Below, one piece after another: positions 49,601 through 59,700 of a stretch of DNA of 64,000 nt. Origin of the DNA: Amoebophrya sp. A120 (taxonomy: Eukaryota; Protista; Dinoflagellata); contig CAJINV010000003.1 of assembly GCA_905178155.1 (NCBI GenBank), forward strand, positions 11,929,426 through 11,993,425. The letters are read 5' to 3'. Position numbers and translations under genes: made by a program. Numbering within the stretch: position 1 is the stretch's first letter; each line of letters begins with the position of its first letter. The notes beneath the pieces were generated by a model. It did not search any database, was not told the origin of the DNA, and saw only the letters and a program-made list of their open reading frames with translations.

Positions 49601-50820
49601 TGTCCACAAGCCTCGTAGTACTCGTAGTAATTGTTGTCTGACATCATGATCATGACTCAGCTCGTTTTTTCAACAGAATCTGCATCACGACAGATTCCGC
49701 CCGAAAAGTACCATAATCAAAAAGCTGTGCTCGTGCTCCTCATGTTGGTACAATTGTAACCACGAACCAAGATTAGATAGCTCTTTCTACTTTCCGAGGT
49801 GCTGTAGCTGAACCACGGGAGGACGATTAGCGACAAAACATCAGCTACCCCAGTTGACTACAACAGGATCATAGTCTTTGCTTCTGTAGTATCAAGTAGA
49901 ACCAGACTGACAATTTATGTTGTGTAGGTAGTAGTTCTTCCACTTGAGGAGAAAGACCACGCGATTGCTCAGAAGAAAATGCATTGCAGAATCACCTAGT
50001 AAGGGAGAATTTTTTTCCGTTGCACACTGCTGTCACCTGGCTCTTCGCCCTCCAATGCGGTGACGACAAACCCGCGGAGCCCGACCGCGCGAGACCGGAC
50101 GATCAGCCAGCAGCTGAACGAGATCGAGGGCCAGCAGCAGGGCCAACAGAGCGGGCATAGCAGAACCAGGTCCGCCGGGTCCCACCCGGTGCCGCCGAGT
50201 CCCACGGGGAGCAAGGATTCCAAAAACATCGGGTTGGACGGGTACGATTACGACCACTTCGACCTCAACAAACTGACCAAGGAGGAGGTACAAAAACACA
50301 AAGACGCGATGACGAAGCACTTCGAAATATCAAAATGAAAAAAGCCCCCGTTGGCCCATACTCAATCTGATATTCATATTTGTGTAGCACCAGCATTATA
50401 ATTTGCGTCGACGTACACAATAAATCCTTGGTTATTATTTTGCAAGAAGGCATTGAGTTTTTGTTTTTCTATTTTGTCGGGTTGTGAGGCTGTGCAGTAA
50501 GTAGGCTCCTAATGCTAGCTATTTGGCATGGCTAATGTCGACCTAACAGGAGCAAAAATCTCTTGCAAAATGTTTGTGCAATACAGAAGTTTTTTTTCTC
50601 AGGATTTGCCTTTGCGATTGCGTGCACAGACGGCGCACCACAATAGTTCGTCTTCTAACGAGTGTGGGGGTGGGGGGATTTTTTGTCAGAATACTAAGCG
50701 AACCAGATCAAGCCGGGCGATCCCAGGTACGTGTACGACCTGCGCAAGGACTTTCGGGAGTCGCCGCAGTTGGTGAATGACTGGGACAGCGAGGAGAGTA
50801 TCGACTTGCCGAGGATGTGA
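46602..50820 (+). CDS. CEP19: CEP19-like centrosomal/ciliary protein, 11 exons, about 385 aa
   Basis: N-terminus VVPKRFGLKYDPPQVVLEYL...GKLFHRVMGL...KLKEKNEEYL...EQLVSLITKLQ. C-terminus DLNKLTKEEVQKHKDAMTKHFE.NQIKPGDPRYVYDLRKDF. Two GT-AG introns (47599-47801, 47888-48121) and eight introners; exons sum to 1158 nt, in frame. Confidence 0.88.
46643..46945. mobile_element. Introner with a perfect 16-bp TIR
   Basis: TATGCAGGTCTCAAGT / ACTTGAGACCTGCATA; flanks GAAGCCCG / CTCGCCCG. Confidence 0.92.
46678..46777. repeat. 100-bp AT-rich perfect-arm palindrome nested in an introner
   Basis: AGATGAAAATGGTAATTGAAACGAAAATGAAAAATGTACATA ... TATGTACATTTTTCATTTTCGTTTCAATTACCATTTTCATCT. Confidence 0.95.
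46980..47309. mobile_element. Introner
   Basis: TATGCCACGAAGAAAATGAGTCAACAA / TTGTAGACTCAAAGTTCTGTGGTGATA; joins PK|RFG. Confidence 0.8.
47369..47542. mobile_element. Introner (weak TIR)
   Basis: TATC...GATA ends; joins LDP|GSGKL in frame. Confidence 0.65.
48245..48518. mobile_element. Introner
   Basis: TAT...GCAA / TTGC...ATA; direct repeat GCAGT/CCAGT. Confidence 0.75.
48571..48906. mobile_element. Introner, perfect direct repeat CTGAC
   Basis: CTGAC|TATG...CATA|CTGAC. Confidence 0.85.
48959..49279. mobile_element. Introner, ~31-bp TIR, perfect direct repeat CACCA
   Basis: CACCA|TATCGAAAGGAAAAATCCCCCTTCCCCATAT...ATATGGGGAGGGGGGATTTTTCCTTGCAATA|CACCA. Confidence 0.95.
49547..50026. mobile_element. 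Introner (3' end ACA instead of ATA)
   Basis: TATGTCTCGAGAAAAATTCTCCTCCTAG / CTAGTAAGGGAGAATTTTTTTCCGTTGCACA. Confidence 0.75.
50328..50693. mobile_element. Introner
   Basis: TATCAAAATGAAAAAAGCCCCC (nearly identical to the left end at 23190) / GGGGGATTTTTTGTCAGAATA; direct repeat CGAAA/CTAAG. Confidence 0.85.
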
Positions 50821-50846
50821 TCATCATCTCAATCAACCAATACAAC

Positions 50847-53661
50847 TTAATAGCGGCGACTGCACCAGTCTTCCAGTTGGATATTACCTCTTTCTTCAAA
50901 CAACTTCACCGGCGGTGGCTCCTGTACTACCTCCTCGGCTCTCGTCGCAGGTGCGGCTGCAGATCAAGCTTTTACACTACTACTACACATTTGATCTTTT
51001 TATTTGCGCAACAGATGAAAAGGATGTGCTGCTGCATGTGGTTGCGCTGCAATGTCGCTACTTGTGGCGTAACCTACAGTGCTGAGGAATCATAACATGA
51101 TGGCTGCTACAGTACGCGCTGCGATTTTTTCACATGAATCGTTATACTGCTGGCATAGGGTATCTATCATCTTTTGATACTTCGTAGTTGGGATGCTGGT
51201 GATGCTACGTAGCAGAAGTGGAGCATTTGCAACTATTAACAGTCCGGTACTACTAGTTGTGTTTTTCGCAGTAAAAATTGTCACATGAGGCTTGTTTGCA
51301 CCAGGCAGGCTCCACCTGCAGCTCGTATTCTTGAAGTGCTTTAGGTGGATCTTACTCTCCTTGTCTGTAATCCTGTACAGCATTTTCAGGTGGTAGTACG
51401 GTAGAAGTCGTTTATTTGGTACTAGATGATAACGGCCCGAGCCCGACGGAGATGGTTCTTGAGCAAGCCTCACTACAACATTTAGATGTGATGTATGAGG
51501 ACTGTTGAGAGAGCAGAGATCCCGCCAATGCCAAATTGCTGGATAGCTTTTATACTTTTTTCTTGCCACGGCCATTATCATTGCGTACCGTCTTGACAGC
51601 GACAGCCTTTTTTTTGCTACCACTATCGGATCTCGACGACGACGCGACTAAAAAACCACACCACCACTTTGCTCCACCGGCGCACACTCCGACTCACATT
51701 ATTTGTGGCCTATGTAAATCGATGAGATGAAAGTGATAATATCATGTCAACAAACGGTCGAAACGCGGGCATTGCAGGAGCACAGATCTTTAAGCACTAG
51801 AATTTACAAGCAGCAGGGACAAATAATTGTGATTTTTGTGCTGCGAGTGCGAGTCCTCTAGCCACGCCAGTGAAAGACTAGATACGCGATGTTGCATCCG
51901 GGAGATGGAGCAGGTCATCTTTTTCGTAGTACTGTAGTTGAATCATTTGAACTTAATCTACAAATAATTCGAATGTAGCATATACGTTGATGTGGGAATA
52001 AAGAAAAAGCAGACATTACTTACCTGCTGCTGTTGCACATGAAAATTGTTTACGAAGACGATAAGAAATGCGAGATAAATTTCAGTCTAAAAACTAACCC
52101 AGAGCATGATGCCGTGAAGGTGAGAATTATGCGCAGGAGGGACGAAGTCAAAGGCATCCTCGGCTTCCCGTGACTGTTCTAAGGCTAAGCAGCCTGCGTT
52201 CTGTTTTCATATGTGAAGTCTCACTCTCAGTGTCACAAAACGAACCCTCGTGGTTTTTGTTTTCGTCGGTCCAGTTGGTCGATTCGGAAATTCCAAACAC
52301 AAATTTTTGTTGTAAAGAGATATGATATGGCCGCGTTATCCAGGTTTCGTTTTATTGCAAGACCATGATGAATCACTCCCTTGATCGAAAGTTTTTACGG
52401 CAGGATTAATGGCAACCGATCCAAATGCGATCGTTGCGTGCCGTAATAAAGATCTGCTTATTTTTTTTGTGGTCGTCTGCACCATGAGACACAGTATCGT
52501 TTACGATCTTTCGTATGCCGCGTTTTCGCTTCGGAGATCGTGATGAGGATTATGGCCTTGTTGAAAAAATCTGTGAATGATTCCTGTAGCCGCTACAGCA
52601 CTCCGTGCGAGTCCAATGAAAATGACAATTATGCTGCTAGATACCCTTCGCATGATTCCGTTCATGGTAGGTTCTTGCTCGTGCATGAACATGAAGCTTT
52701 TTCGTACAACACGCAGAAGTAGTAAATACTGCTTTCCTCGTTCGCAACACCGATTCGATCTTTTCGCACTTCGTGTAAATGTCGTTGTAAATAATTTTTG
52801 CAGACCCCAGATCGGGGTAGTTCTACATGCTCAGCATTGAAAGGCACAGCAAGATACTCGCCTGACATATTTGTCTGTTAATACCGTCGTCGTTCTTTAG
52901 AGGATCGTTGATATAACGTCTAGCAGATAAAATCGTCCTCTGTCGTTGTACACCGGGCCGTAGCGTACAGACAAATTGACTCAATACCCCGTAGGTGGAG
53001 CTTTTTGACATTCGTTTTCGTAGGGTAGTATAATCCTTGTCGTTTTAGTTGTTGGGGATATTGCTCAGCAGAAATGGATCCCGCAAGAGCCGTCTGAATT
53101 TTAGTTAAAAAAATATGATTTCTTGTGGTGCGACAAACAGGAAACTTTTTTGTTCTTCTCCGCCCTCAGGGACTACAGAGAACAACCAAGTAAAACGCAA
53201 AGTCAGCCAGCTCGAAGAAGATTTTTCTACCACGACGTCGCCGGTCGTGTGCTAAGTAGCTGTAAAGCAAATCAGCGGTAAATCGTAGCGGAGAAAAAAT
53301 ATACTACAGCAATCGCTTTGCCTGTGAAACCAAAAACGAACCCGAAATCATGCCGATCCAGAAGTCTTCCATTGCGCGCGTCGCAAAGACTGCGGCCCTG
53401 GCGGTCCCCCTTGGGCATTTTCGGCGCGAAACTTGGTCCTGCCACCACGTCTGAACGGGCCGGAAGCGATACTTCTCCCGCCGGATTCACCGAAGTGGAT
53501 CGCGTCGTATGAGCTGTGCATTGTAGTGCCGATCTGGGAGGTCTGAAGGATTTTTGCAACAAGAACTCGAAGAAGCAATGCTGGGATAGCAACCCGAAGC
53601 CGAACCGCTTGACCTCTGTCATGCGTGTGCTTCTCCTCACGCAATCGCACACGGAAATCAA
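50847..53661 (-). CDS. Probable multi-exon hypothetical gene on the minus strand (structure unresolved)
   Basis: Several coding-like minus-strand segments (about 53300-53650, 52860-53040, 52022-52090 with TTAG/GTAAGT borders, 51300-51530, and 50847-50965 ending ...LEDWCSRRY*). Confidence 0.35.
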
Positions 53662-55317
53662 TGTTCACTTGTCATGGTAAAAAGCGATTTTTAAAGGTTG
53701 ATGCGAACAAGAGCGCGGTGTTGCATAAACCGCTCAGCATGACTTTGATGTCGTTCTTCGCAGCTTAGCACTGAAGAACACTCGTCAACATCAAGACGAA
53801 TTTTCAGCACCACAGCTTTCCAGAGCCGGACCACCTTATTGCAGTGCATACCTGCGTCATGCGGAAGCGAACAAGAAAGTATGGGGGGACGCTATTCCAG
53901 ATTTCAACCTTACGGTAGTTCCTAAAATCCTTATATCAGAATATTATTTTTGTCATGCAAAATATTTTTCTTCTTTTTCGGTGAAGAAATGGCGGCTTCA
54001 AACCCAGTGGCTGCTGAGCTTCGGTGCGGGTTTTTGATAGTGTGTGCATGGGCAGAGCACAATAACTCTTGCCATCGAATGTTCGTTTTCGGTGAGTCGA
54101 AGATTATCCCGGCGGTGGGTCACTACCTCCTATCGGTCGACGAACATAAATACCGGTTGCGGTGTCGGGGAAAAATGAATATGGGATGGCGGCTTTGTTG
54201 TGAGTCGGGGAGGTGGTGAAAGAGGTGAAGGAAAAACCAGATGGAGCTGCAGTTTATGACTAGTAAGAATACAAATACAATAACAATACACAAACTCAAA
54301 CTCCACACGAAGCACTATACACAGAGGCTGCAGTCGCAGCTGCAACACGCAGGCGAGCAGCAATCCGTGACAAGCTGTTTCTTTGAACCTGAGAACCAAC
54401 GTTGAGCCTGAGAGCCAACGACAGACAGAAGAGATTCGGAAAAGCAAAAGCACTTGTCGGCGCGAATGTACCTCGTTTCGAGGATAGTTGTAGGAGCGCA
54501 AGCGCGAAACAGTGCGCGGCTGCTATGATTTGTTGTGGAGCTTTTTGTTCCCCGGTGTAGGCCGTTCCCGTTTTTTTGAATGTCAGTTTCGTCGCAGGGA
54601 TAGCGATAGCCATAGCGGAGGTTGAGAGCGTTTTTTTTTTCTGGCGATGATGAGCGGGCTTTGAGATGGCGAGAGAAATGAGATGATTTTTTTTTTTTGA
54701 TTCCAGCACCCCGGGAGTAGTGTTAGCTCATTACTGAAAGCCGGTCTTTTTGTTTTTTCAATGATGTTTGTGATTTTCCACTTCCCTTGGGAATATCTAT
54801 ATCAACTATGCGAAAGCGCTTTTCAGAATTCAGATTCAGAATTAGAAATAGAATTAGCAATACAAATAGACAGAGAATTATTAGAAATAAACACAGAAAC
54901 AGAAGCAGGCACGTAAGCAAGTATTGTTACTGGTATTAGTAGCAGTATTTCGCATCTTCCTTTTCTTAGTGGTAGAGTGTTACTTTTCTTCTTCTTCTAT
55001 CTCGTGTTATTGACATACGGAGCGTCTGGATCTCATTCACACCCTAAAGCTAAAAACTAAATGGCTATGGCATGAAACAAAGACAAACTCCGACCGAACA
55101 CGCGCGAACGAGTTCGGTAAATGCAGCAAAGAACTGCATCGAACTCTGATGCTGCGTCATCATCTTTTTTCGCTTTTTCTTTTTCATTTTCATAAATTAG
55201 CTGGTGAGGAGAGCTTCGTGCGTCGGTTCCCACTTGGACTTGCACTTGCTCTTGCACTTGCTGTCGCCTACCGAGGTACGTACGCTTTGAGCGCGACACC
55301 AGCAATCCCGTCCGCGA

Positions 55318-56304
55318 ATGCCGACTCCGCGATTCATCTTCCCGGAACTTGCTGAACCCGAGCCGGAACCGGAGCCCTTGAACCCAAAGCGGACAATCAG
55401 CGCGGAAGCGGTCACCAATCGAGCACGGGTTCTTGCCTCCGCAGCGGTTCCCGATACCTGGATTCCGTTTCCCTCGGCGGATACCATCAACAGTTGGATT
55501 GAGGAACGCGTTTTTGAGTGTCAGCGTTCATCTGCCGTTCCGGAAAGTTGGCACACTTGGATTAATAATCGCTTCCGGGAGGTCGGCGGAAACCACACCC
55601 TGCCGGCGTTGGACCTTCTCGAGCGAGAGCGTCGTGACAGCAGGAACGAAGACCATCTGCGCTTGCTGATACGGAACTTCTCACCAGGAGCTGGAGGTGC
55701 GCCAGGGGCTGGAGGTGCGTCGACTGGAGGCACAGAACTTCCCAGGGGCTCGGAGAATTCGGAGCTGGAGTTTCAGCGGCGTACCTGGCAGAGCAGGAAC
55801 CCAAAAATCAGCTTTGAAACTTGGCTCCGATTGAAGAAGAAAGTAGAATCGCGGAGCTCCTCTTCTTCGTCGAGTTCCTCTTCTTCGTCGAGCTCGAGTT
55901 CCTCTTCGTCGAGCTCGAGTTCCTCTTCGTCGTCGAGTTCCTCTTCGTCGTCGAGTTCCTCTTCGTCGTCGAGTTCCTCTTCGTCGTCGAGTTCCTCTTC
56001 GTCGTCGAGTTCCTCGTCCTCCTCTTCGTCTTCTGGCGTTGGGCGCGGTTTCGGCGCCGGATCTGTGTCGACAACTACATCCACGTCAGTATTGGGGCCG
56101 ATTAGTTCTTCCACTTCCACTTCCAGTACCACTTCAACTTCCACCAACGCAAATTATATTCCGTTTGGACCGCTACTAGACCCAAACTGCCTCGACGAAA
56201 GCGAATCCGACGAGGACGACGACGAGGGCGATAGCGATAGCAGTTTTAGCCTGCCCCCTCTCGAGACGAACTCCGGGTGGTGTGATCTCGAGGAAATAGA
56301 CTAA
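55318..56304 (+). CDS. Hypothetical 328-aa protein with a ~60-residue poly-Ser tract and an acidic tail
   Basis: Open ORF with GC3-rich flanks, just upstream of the transposase gene. Confidence 0.6.
   Translation: MPTPRFIFPELAEPEPEPEPLNPKRTISAEAVTNRARVLASAAVPDTWIPFPSADTINSWIEERVFECQRSSAVPESWHTWINNRFREVGGNHTLPALDLLERERRDSRNEDHLRLLIRNFSPGAGGAPGAGGASTGGTELPRGSENSELEFQRRTWQSRNPKISFETWLRLKKKVESRSSSSSSSSSSSSSSSSSSSSSSSSSSSSSSSSSSSSSSSSSSSSSSSSSSSSSSSSSSSSGVGRGFGAGSVSTTTSTSVLGPISSSTSTSSTTSTSTNANYIPFGPLLDPNCLDESESDEDDDEGDSDSSFSLPPLETNSGWCDLEEID
55855..56034. repeat. Minisatellite, unit GAGTTCCTCTTCGTCGTC (18 nt), encoding poly-Ser
   Basis: Directly visible tandem copies. Confidence 0.95.
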
Positions 56305-56762
56305 CGACACACGGGTTTACAGAAGAGGAGGGGAGTCGGTATTCTGCTCTGTTCCTTCACGTTCACCTATTTGAAAACGAAATTGCGTTTGACTTCTTTG
56401 AGTTTGATCTTGTGTGTATTTCGAAACGCATTTGATTGCAGTTCCAGTTCCAGTTGAAAATGCAAACCAGTGTAGATTTGTGGAAAGACGAAAATGTGTG
56501 TATGGTGCTGCTGCTGCTGCTGCTGCTGCTGTGGCAGTGGCTGCGCGCGTGCCTGTGGAAGAGGAAGTGGAACTGCAGCTGGAGCTGTTGCTGGAATTGG
56601 ATGTAGATCTGGTTCCGGACGTGGATGTGGTTGCGGAGTTACGAATTGAAAAAAAAATGACAATCAGGTGGTCCTGGCCGCCGGGGGCCAGTAGCTGCAG
56701 CTCCGTCCTTTTTCAGTGGTTCCGCTTTCACTTCTTCTACCTCCTCTTCCATAGCCGTGCCC

Positions 56763-59700
56763 ATGCCGCCCAAAAAGGAGCTTCCGCATGGATACGACTC
56801 CATGCTGCTGGAGGAGAAATGCCGGCTCGTCAAGTCGATGAACGATATCTGCCGGCTCTTGCAGTGGGCACGCTCCTCGAACCGAGACGAGCAGGACAAT
56901 CTGGGGCACAAGTCCGTAACGCCGAGCGTGCAGTCACTGTCTAAGCAGTTCCTCAAGTGGTGCGAGTCGGAAGAAGATAGTGGAGGAAAAAAAGTGGCGA
57001 AGGAAAGGCAGTACGAGTTTTACGCCCGCTTCTGCTATGAGGCGCGCTTCAAGTTGAATCCGCGCGAGAGCCAGGTCTTTCAGGACGGGAAAAACAACAC
57101 AAGCAGCGCCAGCAGTTCCACAGTAAAAAAGGATGGCGAGGAGTTTGATCTCGGGATACCGGAGGAGATCCGGAAAGATCCGAAAATGATGAAGTTGTAT
57201 GGGCGCTGGTTGTGTGCGCAGTTTCGCGGAACCGGGGCGGAAAGAGGGAAAATAGTCAAAGCATCGATGGGAATGGTCGACGAAATCAAACAAACAAGAC
57301 GCTGCTTCAAAAATAGCGTGCAAGCGTTAGCAAACCACGACTACCGCGGACCCGGGAGTTTGTTGACAACACGGAAACGCGCTGCCACCGCCGATTGTCT
57401 TGACAGCGGTTTGCTGCTGGATAGCCGGAGCCAGATAATCCCGAAGGAACTAAAAAAGACCAGGACTCACTCTTCTCCGCGGGCGCGGCCACAGCCACAA
57501 GCTGAAGCACAACTGCATGATGCAAAAGCAAATGCGCTTCCAATCAATTTCAATATCAATGAAGACCAAGACGAAGCATTGTTTCCAGATCTAAAACAAC
57601 GCCAGCAGCAACAACAACTACAAAATCAAAAGCAAAAACGGCAGCGACAAGACTCCATCTCTCGCGATGTTGTTCCTGCTGCCAGTGCGGCTGCGGGACC
57701 AGGAGTGGGCGGAGGTGCAAACGCATCCTCGAGTTCGGGCAGTTTCTTGCTGTACGACGATGAGCAGTTTCGTGCTGTCGGTGGGCAGGTAGAAGAGGAA
57801 GTACTAGAAGGGGACGACTTTTTTGAGGAAGACGAGTGGAACTACACCTCGGGCACGGGCGAGCATAAGAAGACCACCTCCACCACCCGCGCGCGCCCGC
57901 GTGCAAACACAGCCCCCGAAACCGGCAGTCTCCGACGAATGGGCGCAGACGCACGCGCCGAAGACAAAGTTGAAATCTCCGACGACTGGGTGCAGAAAGC
58001 GTATCACGATTTGAGCGAGCAAGTCGATTTAGCCATGACGGTAGATGAGGACGACTTCGAGTTGGATCACGAGGAAGGTGAGGGCAACCAGACCAGCTAC
58101 AGGGATCAAGTCTTGGAAGACGAGGCGATGGCGTACAAACCGGACCTCCACCCGAGTCTGTTCAGCACATCTATTGTTGTTGCTGCACCGGTATGTAATG
58201 CAAAAGCTAAAGCAGAACCAGAAGCATCGCATTTGCACTAGATCTAGAACTAGTACTAGTTCTAGTAATTATAGTATAAATTGCATGACAAATAATTAGA
58301 GCTGATCTACGTTTACGTGTGCGTCTACGTTTAAATTCTAAAAGTAAATGAAAAACCAAAATTCGCAATCGCATTCGCGATTGCTTTTAGTTTTGCATTT
58401 ACTATGAGTGCGATGCTTTTACTTTTGCACAGGATAAGCGGACGTCTCAGCTGAGGAAGCCCGAGCCGCCCAAAAAATGGCGGATAAGCAGGTCCAGAGG
58501 GAGAACGACCGCATGAAGAAGTGGGTGAAGAGGTCGGAGCTGATATCCTAAGCAAAAATGCCCTCGCTCCATAGCCAGCAACGCTGGCAGCGTTGCAGCT
58601 ATCGGGTGGGGATGTCTTTGCTCAGCATAGCTAACGTACAGGGACTGCTTGCGGTGGGTGATGAGAATGCGGTTTCTGAATTTTGTCAGCGCGACGGCGT
58701 TCCAAATCATCAACCGTTCGAAAGCGCAACAGCAGAATAGCAAAAAGCCAGCAAGCTCCGCCCCGCAGGCGAACAGGGATGCAGGTCTGGACCAAGATGA
58801 AACGCACACCGGGCCGGTGTACCGAGCGGCCGGTATTCGGGACGAGTTATCCGGTGCTCCGGACGGCATTGATGTGGAGTTCAAAGGCGTGTACACCGAA
58901 AACTACACCTACGATTCCGCCAAGAACGTTTTCCACCCGGTGAGCCAAGACAACAAAACCAACTCGGAAAGGGAATACAACTACCCCGCGGAGCCGGGCA
59001 AGGGCGATTCCCGCGACAAGGGGCAGCAACCTGGCAGAAAGCCACGAGTGGTATTCCGAATTACATCGGACGCAACTCCGATGGGAGACTGTAAAGTATT
59101 AAACAGTAAGTGTTCGATGTACCGGTCGGTTGGGACGGGGCGGCATGTTGTCTTCGAGCAGTTCGCACTTGAGTCCATCACCACCGCCGGCAGCTTCGAC
59201 AACATTACGAGAGTGCACAGCCTCCTCCACCTCCGCCTCGCCCATTTGAGTTCCCATTTGTTTTTATGGCAAGCAGCGGATGCTGCTTGCCATAAGAAAA
59301 AGACTTGGGTTTGCATTTAGGTTGAGACGTAGCAAGAAACAGTATGCGTTTTTGTTTTTGTAATGGAAATGGAAATCCTATTCATACTCATACAGGCCTA
59401 TGCCTGTAGCTGGAGGCATAGCTATTTCTAATCCTAAATTAGGCATAGCTATTCCTATTCCTTATCCTATTTCCGAGGCTAGTACTAATTTGCATTGTAG
59501 TGGGCGGGGGGGGGGGGACGGGGGTTGTGCATTCGCATAACAATTTTGGACGACTTGTTCGAACAAGCGTGGCGTGCAGGGATCCCGCTGCCAACGGCGA
59601 GTAAATGCTGTGGAATGCCGGGTTTTATGCCCGAATTCCGCCCGGCATTGATTGGAGTCGCGGATTGCGGAAGCGAGATGGTGAAAGCGCTGCGGGTATC

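Noticed and set aside
55773-56147. Minus-strand poly-Glu/Asp ORF
   Set aside because: It is the antisense shadow of the poly-Ser minisatellite; the plus-strand ORF is much longer.
58430-58640. In-frame TAA/TAG stops suggesting a pseudogene or an alternative genetic code
   Set aside because: All lie inside or overlap introner sequence and vanish when the elements are removed.
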